From the human T2T-CHM13v2.0 reference genome, Homo sapiens: 64,000 nt of DNA. A program made the translations under genes and the position numbers. Where the stretch lies: assembly GCF_009914755.1 (NCBI RefSeq), contig NC_060938.1. One strand, written 5' to 3'. Under the pieces are notes generated by a model. The model ran no database searches. It was not told the DNA's origin and was given only the letters and a program-made list of their open reading frames with translations. Positions 13,310 to 36,664 of the stretch are shown here, piece by piece; the first letter of the stretch is position 1, and every line of letters starts with the position of its first letter.

Positions 13310-13861
13310 TCTCTATTGGTTTTCTGTGCTGCAATAATAAGTTACCAGAAACCTAGCGGCCTAATGTGCCACACATTTATTATTTATCCCACAGTTTTGT
13401 GGATCAGGAGTGTAGGCACAGCTTAGTTGGGTCCTCTGTCCTGGGTCTCACAAGGCTACCCCACAATCAAGGCAGTGGCTGGGGCCATGTTTTCATTAAG
13501 AGGCTTGTTGGCAGAATTATCCTCCTTGCAGTTATAGATTTGAGGGCTTCGTTGTCTTGCTGACCAGTGGCTAGAGGCTGCCTATAGTTCTCTGCCACTT
13601 GGCCCTTTCCTTAGGGAAATTATAACGTGGCTGCTTGCTTTTTTAAGGATATCAGGAAAACCAGAGAGATTCTGCTAACAAGATGGAGTCTTATATAATG
13701 TAACATAATCACAGGAGTGACTTTCTATCACCTTTACCGTGTTCTTTTGGGTAGAAGCAAGTCACAGGTCTTGCCCACACTTAAGGGTTGGGAATATATA
13801 CAAGGGTGTGAATGCCAGAACACAGGAATCACTGGGGTCATCTGAGGACCTGCTGGCCACA
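13310..13861 (-). mobile_element. MLT1 (MLT1F-like) solo LTR just downstream of the SPATA7 poly(A) site
   Basis: MaLR motifs gctgcaataataagttacc, agaagcaagtcacaggtc, acaagggtgtgaat; terminal ...ccaca. Confidence 0.7.
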
Positions 13862-15429
13862 ATTTCTAAAATCACTTTTCAGAGGAAAACATATTTTACC
13901 TATATTTTCAGAGGAACATATTTTACCCAGACATAAGCGGTTTTGTAGGCTATGGGAAATGGTTTATGATCTGGTGTGAGTCTTGAAGCGTTGGACCTTG
14001 TCTGCAATATCTTTAATTTTGTTTTTCTCACTTTTCCTGCAATATCTAAAGCCTCAAGGACCTTTCAGTTGTCAGTGACCCAGGGAATTCTGTCAGCTGG
14101 CTGAGATGTTGTCTCTTGTTGTGAGTGCAAACATTTAGTCAGACCTGTCTGAAGCCCTCTCCTACCCTTGTAGCTCATGAATGAGACCCTTACTATTAGA
14201 ACATGGCCCAGCAGATTCATCTCTAATTATACCTTTTTAACTATTTACAATAATATAATTGAATATTTGTGTGCCCGTTATGTACAAAGTTTCATGCCTA
14301 GATACTGTGGAGGATAAAAACAATAACCCATTTTGTTTTTATAAGCTATATTTTAATTTTATATTTAAAAAAATACAACCCAGGTATTCTTCTAAAAACT
14401 TAACAGTGACTTCCAAGTATCCTGTTCTTTAACTCGGGTTTTTATCATCCTTTGGCCATAGCAGTGTTTCCCAAAGGGTGGTACTTACCACTGGAGACCT
14501 GAGAGTTGATTTTAGTGGTATGTGGATGACAGGTCCATCTCATTCATGGGATGCTGACCATCACCACTGTCTTCAGGATAAGACACAGGTACAACCTGCA
14601 AAGCACAATATGGTGGGACTGAGCACCCAACCCACTTTTCACCTCCACTGTCGGAATCCCCAACTCACCCTGCTACAACCCTTTTTTGGCACACCTTCCC
14701 CTCAGCCCTCACCTCTGGACTTCTTCCCTTTAACCCTGTAAGCAACACCGTCTATCCCCTCTTGCAGTCCTCTTAAACCTCCTGAAATAACCTTGGCTCT
14801 ATTCTTGGTCCCCAGCCTGGGTCTCCCCATCTGTTAGATCTTTACCCCTCTAGTTGCTTCTTGGGTTCTGTTGTTCCTCAGCCCCAGGGTTCCTTTCTTC
14901 AGTCCCAGCCTCACTCTTTCACAAACCCCCTCTTCCCATTCCCCATGTAACTACCCCAGACCTACTGGCCTGGCCCAAATTTTCCTTCCTTGGCTGGAGC
15001 TACCATCTGTCTTTCCGGAGGCATTCTCAGAAACTATCTCCTGGCTGCTGTTCTCCAACACTTTGGTCCAAGCCCCAGACCTGCCCTATTTGACATTCAG
15101 TCTTCATGCTCTAACTCTGGGTACAGCTTCTTGTCTCTGGGGCCATGACCCATCCTAATTTGGATACCTATTAGGACAATTTGTTGTTATCCTTTAGTTT
15201 CCCTTTAAGTTTTAAAAGGTGAGTTGATTTAAAGAAATATTAAAAATGGTTCTTGAATGTGGCAAAAGTATTATAGTATGAAGGTAGGATGTGGGTGGTA
15301 AGTTTGGGAAACAGCACTTAAACTCTTCTAGCAGCATCTTTTTTTATCCCTAAGACATCTTGTTACAGCATCAAGCAACATCTTTATATCTTCCCCTCTT
15401 CCTTCTCACACAGCCCATCAACTGAGGCT

Positions 15430-15613
15430 GAGAGGCATGATGAATGCGAGTGTGTCTTCTGAGCCAGGTTGCCTGGATTTGATTCCTTTTGAGCTGTGAC
15501 TTTGAGCTGGGTTACTGAGCCTGTGTGTGTTTTCTCATATCTTGGAGAGGGGTAATTATAGAGCCTTTATCATAGAATACAAGAATTAAATGAGCTTGCA
15601 TGATAAATACAGG
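15430..15613 (+). mobile_element. MIR (target of the L1PB insertion)
   Basis: gagctgtgactttgagc...ttactgagcctgtg...tttctcat core. Confidence 0.55.
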
Positions 15614-16841
15614 CTGCTGCTACTTTTTTTTTTGCTATTTATTTTTTATTTCAGTAGGATTTTGGGAACAGGTGATGTTTGGTTACATGAATAAGTTCTT
15701 CATTGGTGACTTCTGAGATTTTGGTGCACCCAGCACCTAAGCAGTGTACATTGTACCCAATGTGTAGTCTTTTATCCCTCACTCCCCGCCTACCCTTTCC
15801 CCTCAGCCCCCAAAGTCCATTGTATTATTCTTATGCCTTTGCATCCTCATAGCTTAGCTCCCACTTATGAGTGAGAACATACAATGTTTGGTTTTCCATT
15901 CCTGAGTTACTTCACTTAGAATAATGGTCTCCAATACCATCTAGGTTGCTGCAAATGCCATTATTTCATTCCTTTTTATGGCTGAGTAGTATTCAATTGT
16001 GTGTGTGTGTGTGTATATATATACACACATCACATTTTCATTATCCACTTGTTGATCGATGGGCATATGGGCTGGTTCCATATTTTTGCAATTGTGAATT
16101 GTACTCCTATAAACATGCGTGTGCAAGTTATCTTTTTTGTATAATGACTTCTTTTCCTCTGGGTAGATACCCAGGAGTGGGATTGCTGGATCAAATGGTA
16201 GATCTACCTTTAGTTCTTTAAGGAATCTCCACACTGTTTTCCATAGTGGTTGCACTAGTATACATTCCCACTAACAGTGTAAAAGTGTTCCCTGTTCACC
16301 ACATCCACACCAATATCTACTATTTTTTTATTTTTTGATTATGGCCATTCTTGGAACAGTAAGGTGGTATCGCGTTGTGGTTTTGATTTGCAGTTCCTTG
16401 ATAATTAGTGATGTTGAACATTTTTTCATATGTTTATTGGCTATTTGTATATCTTCTTTTGAGAATTGTCTATTCATGTCCTTAGCCCATTGTTGATGGG
16501 ATTGTTTTTGTTTCTTGCTGATTTGTTTGAGTTACTTGTAGATTCTGGATATTAGTCCTTTGTCAGATGTATAGATTGCAAAGATTTTCTTCACTCTGTG
16601 GGTTGTCTGTTTACTGATTATTTCTTTTGCTATGCAGAATCATTTTAGTTTACCTAAGTATCATCTGTTTATCTCTGTTTTTGATGCATTTGCGTTTGGG
16701 TTCTTGGTCATGAACACTTTGCCTAAGCCAGTGTCTAGAAAGGCTTTTCTGATGTTATATTCTAGAATTTTTATAGTTTCAGGTCTTAGATTTAAGTCTT
16801 TGATCCATCTTGAGTTGATTTTTCCATAAGGTGAGAGATGA

Positions 16842-17258
<417 letters not shown>

Positions 17259-17751
17259 GCATAGAAGGTATGTTCCTTCTATGCTGATTTTGCTGAGGGT
17301 TTTAATCATAAAGGGATGCTGGATTTTGTCAAATGCTTTATCTGGTCTATTCAGATGATCATGTGATTTTTGTTTTTAATTCTGTTTATGTGGTATATCA
17401 CATTTATTGATTTTCAGATGTTAAACCATCCCTGCAGCCCTGGTATGAAACCCACTTGATCGTGATGGATTATCTTTTTGATATGCTGTTGGATTCGGTT
17501 AGCTAGGATTTCGTTGAGGATTTTTGCATCTGTGTTCATCAGGGATGTTGGTCCATAGTTTTGTTTTTTTGATATGTCCTTTCCTGGTTTTGGTATTAGG
17601 GTGATCATGGCTTCATAGAATGATTTAGGGAGGATTCCCTCTTTATCTTTTGGAATAGTGTCCATAGGATTGGTACCAATTCTTCTTTGAATGTCTGATA
17701 GAATTCAGCTGTGAATTCATCTGGTCCTGGAATTTTTGTTTTTTTGTTAGT

Positions 17752-18067
<316 letters not shown>

Positions 18068-18513
18068 TAATTTTTAAATTACCATTTCAATCTCACTGCT
18101 CGTTATTGGTCTGTTTAGAGTTTTCTGTTTCTTCCTGTTTAATCTAGGAGGGTTGTATATTTCCAGGAATGTATCCATCTCCTCTAGGTTTTCTAGTTTA
18201 TGCATGTAAAGCTGTTCATAGTAGCCTTGAATCATCTTTTTTGTTTCTGTGGTATCGGTTGTAATATGTCCTGCTTATTTCTTGTATTTATTTATTTATT
18301 TATTATTATTATACTTTAAGTTTTAGGGTACATGTGCACAATGTGCAGGTTAGTTACATATGTATACATGTGCCATGCTGGTGCGCTGCACCCACTAACT
18401 GGTCATCTAGCATTAGGTATATCTCCCAATGCCATCCCTCCCCCGACCCCACGACCCCACAACAGTTCCCAGAGTGTGATGTTCCCTTTCCTGTGTCCAT
18501 GTGTTCTCATTGT

Positions 18514-22353
<3,840 letters not shown>

Positions 22354-22401
22354 TTATTTTGCTCATTAGTTGATGTAGTTTCTTCGTAGTCTTGATGGTC
22401 T

Positions 22402-23418
22402 TTACATTTTGGCATGATTTTGCAGCGGCTGGTACCGGTTGTTCCTTTCCATGTTTAGCGCTTCCTTCAGGAGCTCTTTTAGGGCAGGCCTGGTGGTGAC
22501 AAAATCTCTCAGCATTTGCTTGTCTGTAAAGGATTTTATTTCTCCTTCACTTCTGAAGCTTAGTTTGGCTGGATATGAAATTCTGGGTTGAAAATTCTTT
22601 TCTTTAAGAATGTCGAATATTGGCCCCCACTCTCTTCTGGCTTGTAGAGTTTCTGCCGAGAGATCCGCTGTTAGTCTGATGGGTTTCCCTTTGAGGGTAA
22701 CCCGACCTTTCTCTCTGGCTGCCCTTAACATTTTTTCCTTCATTTCAACTTTGGTGAATCTGACAATTATGTGTCTTGGAGTTGCTCTTCTCGAGGAGTA
22801 TCTTTGTGGCGTTCTCTGTATTTCCTGAATCTGAACGTTGGCCTGCTTTGCTAGATTGGGGAAGTTCTCCTGGATAATATCTTGCAGAGTGTTTTCCAAC
22901 TTGGTTCCATTCTCCCCGTCACTTTCAGGTACACCAATCAGACGTAGATTTGGTCTTTTCACATAGTCCCATATTTCTTGGAGGCTTTGCTCGTTTCTTT
23001 TTATTCTTTTTTCTCTAAACTTCCCTTCCCGCTTCATTTCATTCATTTCATCTTCCATCGCTGATACCCTTTCTTCCAGTTGATCGCATTGGCTCCTGAG
23101 GCTTCTGCATTCTTCACATAGTTCTCGAGCCTTGGTTTTCAGCTCCATCAGCTCCTTTAAGTACTTCTCTGTATTGGTTATTCTAGTTATACATTCTTCT
23201 AAACTTTTTTCAAAGTTTTCAACTTCTTTGCCTTTGGTTTGAATGTCCTCCCGTAGCTCGGAGTAATTTGATCGTCTGAAGCCTTCTTCTCTCAGCTCGT
23301 CAAAGTCATTCTCCGTCCAGCTTTGTTCCGTTGCTGGTGAGGAACTGCGTTCCTTTGGAGGAGGAGAGGCGCTCTGCTTTTTAGAGTTTCCAGTTTTTCT
23401 GCTCTGTTTTTTCCCCAT
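22402..23418 (-). CDS. L1 ORF1p, full-length open frame (338 aa)
   Basis: ORF track; keeps REKG, ARR and YPAKLS motifs; expression not shown. Confidence 0.85.
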   Translation of the reverse strand: MGKKQSRKTGNSKKQSASPPPKERSSSPATEQSWTENDFDELREEGFRRSNYSELREDIQTKGKEVENFEKSLEECITRITNTEKYLKELMELKTKARELCEECRSLRSQCDQLEERVSAMEDEMNEMKREGKFREKRIKRNEQSLQEIWDYVKRPNLRLIGVPESDGENGTKLENTLQDIIQENFPNLAKQANVQIQEIQRTPQRYSSRRATPRHIIVRFTKVEMKEKMLRAAREKGRVTLKGKPIRLTADLSAETLQARREWGPIFDILKEKNFQPRISYPAKLSFRSEGEIKSFTDKQMLRDFVTTRPALKELLKEALNMERNNRYQPLQNHAKM

Positions 23419-25973
23419 CTTTGTGGTTTTATCTACTTTTGGTCTTTGATGATGGTGATGTACAGATGTGTTTTTGGTGTGGATGTCTTTTCTGTTTGTT
23501 AGTTTTCCTTCTAACAGTCAGGACCCTCAGCTGCAGGTCTGTTGGAGTACCCAGCCGTGTGAGGTGTCAGTCTGCCCCTGCTTGGGGGTGCCTCCCAGTT
23601 AGGCTGCTCGGGGGTCAGGGGTCAGGGACCTACTTGAGGAGGCAGTCTGCCCGTTCTCAGATCTCCAGCTGCGTGCTGGGAGAACCACTGCTCTCTTCAA
23701 AGCTGTCAGACTGGGACATTTTTTTGTCCTGCTTATTTCTAATTGAGTTTCTTTGGATCTTCTCTCCTTTTCTTCGTTAATCTCACTAATGGTCTATCAA
23801 TTTCATTTCTCTTTTCAAAGAACCAGCTCTTTGTTTATCTTTTATATTGTGTTTTTTTTGTTTGTTTCAATTTCATTTAATTCTGCCCTGATCTTAGTTA
23901 TTTCTTTACTTCTGCTGGGTTTGGGTTTGGTTGATTCTTGTTTCTCTAACTCCTTGAGGTGTGACCTTAGATTGTCTATTTGTACTCTTTCAGACTTCAT
24001 GATGTAGGCATTTAATACTATGAACTTTCCTCTTAGCTCTGTCTTTGCTGTATTCCAGAGGTTCAGATATTTTGATAGTTTGTGTCACTACTATCATTCA
24101 TTTCAAAGAATTTTTTAATTTCCATCTTGATTTCATTGTTGACCCAGTGATCATTCAGGAGCAGGTTATTGTACTTCCATTTATTTGGCATGGTTTTGAG
24201 GGTTCCTTTTGCAGTTGGTTTCTAATTTTATTCTACTGTGGTCTGTGAGAGTACTTGATAAGATTTTTATTTTTTAAAATGTGTTGAGACTTGTTTTGTG
24301 GCCTATCATATATGGTCTATCTTGGAGAATGTTTCATGTGCTGATTAATGAATATATACTCTGCAGTTTTTGGCTAGAATGTTCTGTGAATATCTGTTTA
24401 GTTTATTTGTTCTAGGGTACAGTTTAAGTCCATAGTTTCTTTGTTGACTTTCTGTCTTGATGACCTGTCTACTGCTGTCAGTGGAGTATTGAAGTCCCCC
24501 ACTATTACTGTATTAACATCTATCTCATTTTTTTGGTCTAGTAGTAATTGTTTTGTAAATTTGGGAGCTCCAGTGTTAGGTGCATAGATACATTTAGGAT
24601 TGTGATATTTTCCTGCTGGACTAGTCCTTTTATCATCATATAATACCCCTCTTTGTCATTTTTAACTGCTGTTGCTTTGAAGTTTGTGTGATACAAGAAT
24701 AGCTACTCCTGCTTGCTTTTGTTGTCCATTTGCATGGAAAGATATTCCATTGGTAACAAATATCCCACTGGTATTTTGTTGGTAACTTTTTAATTACCAT
24801 TTCAATCTTGCTGCTTGTTATTGGCCTGTTCAGAGTTTCTGTTTCTTCCTGGGTTAATGTAGGAGGGTTGTATATTTCCAGGAATTTATCCATCTCCTCT
24901 AGGTTTTCTAGTTATTCCATTCAAGATATTCCATCCAAATGGACATCAAAAGCAAGCAGGAGTAGCTATTCCACCCCTTTACCTAAGTTTATGTGAGTCT
25001 TTATGTGTCAGGTGGGTCTCTTGAAGATAGAATATACTTGGTTGATGAATTCTTATCCATTCTGCCATTTCATATCTTTTAGGTGGAGCATTTAGGCCAT
25101 TTACATTAAACATTAGTATTGAGATGTGAGGTACTATTCTATTCATCGTACTATTTGTTGCCTGAATACCTTAGGTTTTTTTTTCATTGTGTTAAAATGA
25201 AAAATTATAGGTCCTGTGAGATTTATGCTTTAAGGATATTCTATTTTGATGATTTTGAGGATTTAAGATTTAGAGCTCCTTTTAGCAGTTCTTTTAGTGC
25301 TGGCTTGGTAGTGGCAAATTCAGCATTTGTTTGTCTGAAGAAGACTGTATCTTTCCTTCATTTATGAAGCTTAATTTTGTTGGATACAAAATTCTTGGCT
25401 GATAATTGCTTTGTTTAAGGAAGCTAAAGATAGGACCCCAATCCCTTTTAGCTTGTAGGGTTTCGGCTGAGAAATCTGCTATTAATCTGATAGGTTATCT
25501 TTTATAGGTTACCTGATGCTTTTGCCGCATAGCTCTTAAGAGTCTTTCCTTTTTCTTGACTTTAGATAACCTGATGACTATGTGCCTAGGCAATGATCTT
25601 TTTGTGATGAATTTCCCAGGTGTTCTTTGAACTTCTTGTATGTGGATGTCTAGATCTCTAGCAGAGCTGAGGAAGTTTTCTTCAATTATTCCCTCAAATA
25701 TGTTTTCCAAACTTTTAGATTTATCTTCTTCCTCAGGAACACCAATTATTCTTAGGTTTGGTCATTTAACATAATCCCAAACTTCTTGGAGGCTTTGATC
25801 ATTTTAAAAAATTCTTTCTTCTTTGTCTTTGTCAGATTGGGCTAATTTGAAAGCCTTGTCTTTGAGCTGGGAAGTTTCTTTCTTCCATTTGTTCAATTCT
25901 ATTGCTGAGACCTTCCAATGCATTTTGCATTTTGCATTTCTCTAAGTGTGTTCTTCATTTCTAGAAGTTGTGC

Positions 25974-26281
<308 letters not shown>

Positions 26282-26339
26282 GTGATTGTTTTTTACTTAT
26301 GCTATTTCACTGGAGATTTTTCCATTCATATCCTATATC

Positions 26340-26637
26340 TTTTTTTTTTTTTTCTTTGAAAAGGAGTCTTGCTCTGTCACCCAGGCTGGAGTGCAGTGCC
26401 ACAATCTCGGCTCACTGCAACCTCTGCCTCCCTAGGTTCAAGCAATTCTGCTTCAGCCTCCCCAGTAGCTGGGATTATAGGCGCCCACCACCATGCCTAG
26501 CTAATTTTTGTATTTTTAGTAGAGACAGGGTTTTGCCACGTTGGCCAGGCTGGTCTCGAACTCCTGACCTCAAGTGATCCACCTGCTTCGGCCTCCCAAA
26601 GTGTTGGGGTTATAGGTGTGAGCCGCTACACCTGGCC
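26340..26637 (-). mobile_element. Alu within L1PB ORF1
   Basis: Dimeric Alu; cctatatc repeated on both sides. Confidence 0.9.
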
Positions 26638-27544
26638 CTATATCATTTTTTTTATTTCTTTAAGTTAGACTTTACCTTTCTCTGGTGCCTCCTTGATTGA
26701 CTTAATAGTTGACCTTCTGAATTCTTTTTTCCTGCAGTTTAGAGATTTTGTCTTGGTTTGGATCCACTGTTGGTGAGCTAGTGTGATCTTTTGGGGTGTT
26801 AAAGAACCTTGTTTTGTCATATTACCAGAATTGCTTTTCTGGTTCCTTCTCATTTGGGTAGAGAATGTGAGGGAAGATCTGGGACTCAAGGGCTGCTGTT
26901 CAGATTCTTTTGTCCCACAGGATGCTCCTTTGATGTGGTGCTCTCCCCTTTTCCCTAGGGATGGCATGTCTTGAGAGCCAAACTGCAGTGATTGTTATTT
27001 CTCTTCTGGATCTAGTCACCCAGCAGGGCTACCAAGCTCTGGGCTGGTACTGGGGAGTGTCTGCAAAGAGTCCTGAGATGTGATTCATCTTCAGGTCTTT
27101 CAGCCATGGATACCAGCACCTGCTCAAGTGGAGGTAGCAGGAGAGTGAAGTGGACCCTGTGAGGGTCCTTGGTTGTATTTTTGTTAAGTGTACTACTGGT
27201 TTTGTGTTCGTTGGCCTCCAGCCAGGAGGTGGCGCTTTCAAGAGTGCATCAGCTGTGGTATTATAGGGAAAATCACACTGTGGGCGGGGCCATAGAGCTC
27301 CCAAGAGATTATGTCCTTTTTTTTGGAGTTCTTCTGCTGTCCCGCAGAGCCTACAGCAGCAATCCATCTCCTTCTGTCTGCTCAATTCTCTTGGCTTTCC
27401 TGGTATATTCCTGCAGTAGTTCTTGGAGCAAAAGTTCACAATGTGGGTTTCCACACGCTGCTCTGTCCATCTGAGTGGGAACTGCAAATTAGTCCTGCCT
27501 CCTATCTACCATCTTCCCTCCAGTATACCCCCTGCTGCTACTAT

Positions 27545-28010
27545 TTTTAAACAAACCATGCCACTCTCTTCTTTAAAACACCTGTGAGAGTTTGCACTTG
27601 CTAACACAATAAAGTCCAGGACCTTTGGCATTTTCTATGTTATATTTTCCTTCCCAGTTCATGTCCTGCCATCCTCTCCGAAGCACCCTGTGTCAATCAC
27701 ACCTACTCGCTTGTTCTTCACACATAGAGGTCCTCTCTCTCTCCATGTATCTGCTCAGGGTATCATTTCCTCTCTTTGGCACCCTGGAGTCTTCATTTAA
27801 ATCCCAGACTGAATATAACACCTCCTGTGAAACCTTGAGGGATTGCCCTAACATTTGTCCCTCCTACCCCAACTCTGTGATCTGAAATCTGTCTTACTAC
27901 ATGAGTTTTATAATACTGTTTACCCAATTTGTCTCTAGACTGTAAGATTCTCAAGAGGAAGGACCTGTTTCTCTTTGGATACCCAGCTTGACAATGAATG
28001 CATTTGTTCA
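27545..28010 (+). mobile_element. L2-like fragment
   Basis: 3' motif ctagactgtaagattctcaag...gaatgcatttgtt. Confidence 0.5.
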
Positions 28011-28884
28011 CGGAGGAAGATAGTTTGAGCTTAATGGGAGGTTTAGCTTCAGATAAGGTTATAGGGAAAACAGGATATTTCCTCTTCTCTTTATACTCAG
28101 AAAGTTCAGGTTCCCCGTGTAGAAAGAAGAATGTAGCAGATTGCTAAGCTACATGAAAATGTGTTTGCTCACATTTTAAATGGTGTAAAATATAAATTAA
28201 CATCATCATTAGAAGGCTGGCCTTAAAAAGTCACATGGTCTCTAGGAAGTCAATAAGTAAAGAACAGAGCAGCTTTTGTGGGCAAGACTATACTTTGCCA
28301 AGTGAACTAATAGCTGTATGGTCACCAGTGAATTACTTTATCCCAGACCTTGTGTGTTTTTGATTTCTCAGACCTCACGGGGATGAAGGGCCTTGGTTTT
28401 AAAGAGCTCGGACTAAATGATCCAAAGATTTCTTTTTGTTACTAAAATTAGTTCTACTTTAATTCTTAAGGTCTGTAGAAATTAAAATGGAAATAATTTA
28501 TATTTGAAGTAGAAATACCTATTCACTCTTCATGTGCTGGTGTAGTATTGGAAATCAGTCTGCTAAACCGATTCATACTTCAGTGATAGAAGATGCCACC
28601 CTGAGTTACTTTCCCCAGTAGCCAGATGGAACCAGTAAGGAATATCATATCCTAAAAGAACAAATCCATGTTTAAAGACTGGGAGGAAGATCTTTTTGGG
28701 TTGGAGTAAGGAAAGTTTTGCACCAAGGCTAAGCTTGTTGCCTTGTGCATTCTGCTTTGTGCTCATATTCGAGTTTTGAGGCAAAAACACACACCTAGCA
28801 GTTTGGGACATGAGGCCTCCATATCACCTAGTTTTTCCAACCCAACAAACCCTCAAGTTTCTCCCGAGAGAAAGAATATACCAT

Positions 28885-29295
28885 TGTATAAGTTTCCTAT
28901 TGCTGCTGTAACAAGTTACCACAAACATTAAAAAACATATCTTACAGTTCTGGAACTCAAGTCCTAAAATCAAGCTATTGCTGGAGCCACATTCCTCTTG
29001 GAGGCTGTAGGGGAGAATCTGTTTCCTTGCATTTACCAGCTTGCAGAGGCTGCCTGCGTTCCGTCACTTGTGGCATCTTCCTCCATTTTCTAGCCAATTG
29101 TGGAGGATCTTTAAATCTCTTTACTAAAGACCCTGGTGATTACTTTGTGTCCACCTGGATAATCCAGGATAATCCCCCAACTCAAAAATGCTTCATTTAG
29201 TCACATCTGCACAGTCCCTTTTGCCATGTAAAATTTATAACTTCAGGGGATTAGGATATGGACATATCTGGGGAGCTGCTATTCAGCCTACCATG
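28885..29295 (-). mobile_element. MLT1 (MLT1C-like) solo LTR
   Basis: tgtataagtttcctattgctgctgtaacaagttaccacaaac ... ggggagaatctgtttccttg ... cagcctacca. Confidence 0.72.
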
Positions 29296-29334
29296 ACTAT
29301 AAATATCATTAACCTAATTAAAATGGCCTAAATT

Positions 29335-29637
29335 AGCTGGCTGTGGTGGCTCACCTATAATCCCAGGACTTTGGGAGGCCAAGATGGGAGGATCGCTTGA
29401 GCTCAAGAGTTCAAGACCGACCAGCCTGGTCAACAGAGTGAGACCCCATCTACACACACACACACAAAAATTAGCTGGGTGTGGTGGCCCACAGCTGTAG
29501 TCCTAGCTAATTGGGAGGCTAAGGCAAGAGAATCACCTGAGTTCAGGAGATGGAAGCTGCAGTGAGTTGTGATCAGGCCACTTCACTCCACCCTGGGTGA
29601 CAGAGCAAGACCCTATCTCAAAAAGAAAAAAAAAGAA
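29335..29637 (+). mobile_element. Alu (AluJ-like) with (CA)n in the linker
   Basis: Alu consensus, A tail. Confidence 0.88.
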
Positions 29638-29738
29638 AGCCTAGATAGACTTTAGTTTGTATTAATTATAGCTTGGCTATACAATGAGTCCCAAATTAGG
29701 ACATATATTAAACGTCCATTGATTTTTAATTACTAAAG

Positions 29739-29915
29739 CAGTGGTTCTCAAACTTTAATGTGTATCAAAATCACCTGGAAAACTAAAGTGATTTCTGGGC
29801 CCCATCCCCATAGCTTCTGACTCAAAATATTTAGATCTGGGTCAAGGCTCAAGAATTTGCATTTCTAACAGATTCCAGATGCTGCTACTACTGGTCCGAA
29901 AACAACCCCACTGGA
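29739..29915. mobile_element. MER5A-like hAT-Charlie fossil
   Basis: cagtggttctcaaactt...aatcacctgg...aagaatttgcatttctaacag...gatgctg motifs. Confidence 0.75.
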
Positions 29916-30545
29916 AGATGAATAAAGTGGACACAACAAATAGCATATGTTCTACTATAGAGGTGGCCACATGAAGAGCTCTGCAAGCCCACTGTGAAAT
30001 TGATAGCAAATCTTTATTCAAGTGTATTAATTGACCCACAAATATCCTGATTAATGAAGCTGGCTAGTTTGGCAAGATGCATTCTAACTCTTAAAGTGAT
30101 TGATTACTGTGGAGATGTGTGATGACAGATTGGCACCTACTAAGGAAACCTCTCTTGCCTGGTACATTATTAAAAATAATCCAATGGGGAAATAGGACTA
30201 ATTTAATTACATGCCTTTATGCAGTAAGATCCACAGTTGAAAAATAGAGGCAGTAGCTTTAATTGCACTGTAATGTTCACACACAAATCATATCTTGCTT
30301 GAAACAGTTTTATGGCAAAAATAGACCATATATTGATTTCACATATATAACATTTAACCCTTCAAGCCTTTTTGCCCATTAAATATACACACCTTTACAA
30401 ACCAATAACAGTTTAGAAGAATTAAGCTCTTCTGATTATAAACTTTTACATTATTGATCAGACAGTAGCACATAAAATTGCTTTTTTTTTTAGTATTTTA
30501 CATGAATAATTTTATTTGTGCTTCATGAAAACTCCATTTATCCCA

Positions 30546-36664
<6,119 letters not shown>

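Noticed and set aside
13877-13929. Tandem ~27-bp duplication ttttcagagg(aa)aacatattttacc; similar one at ~55912-55942
   Set aside because: Ordinary two-copy slippage duplications; not an array, no spacers
14462-15315. Possible hAT TIR pair cagtgtttcccaaa ... tttgggaaacag
   Set aside because: Too degenerate to delimit or name by eye
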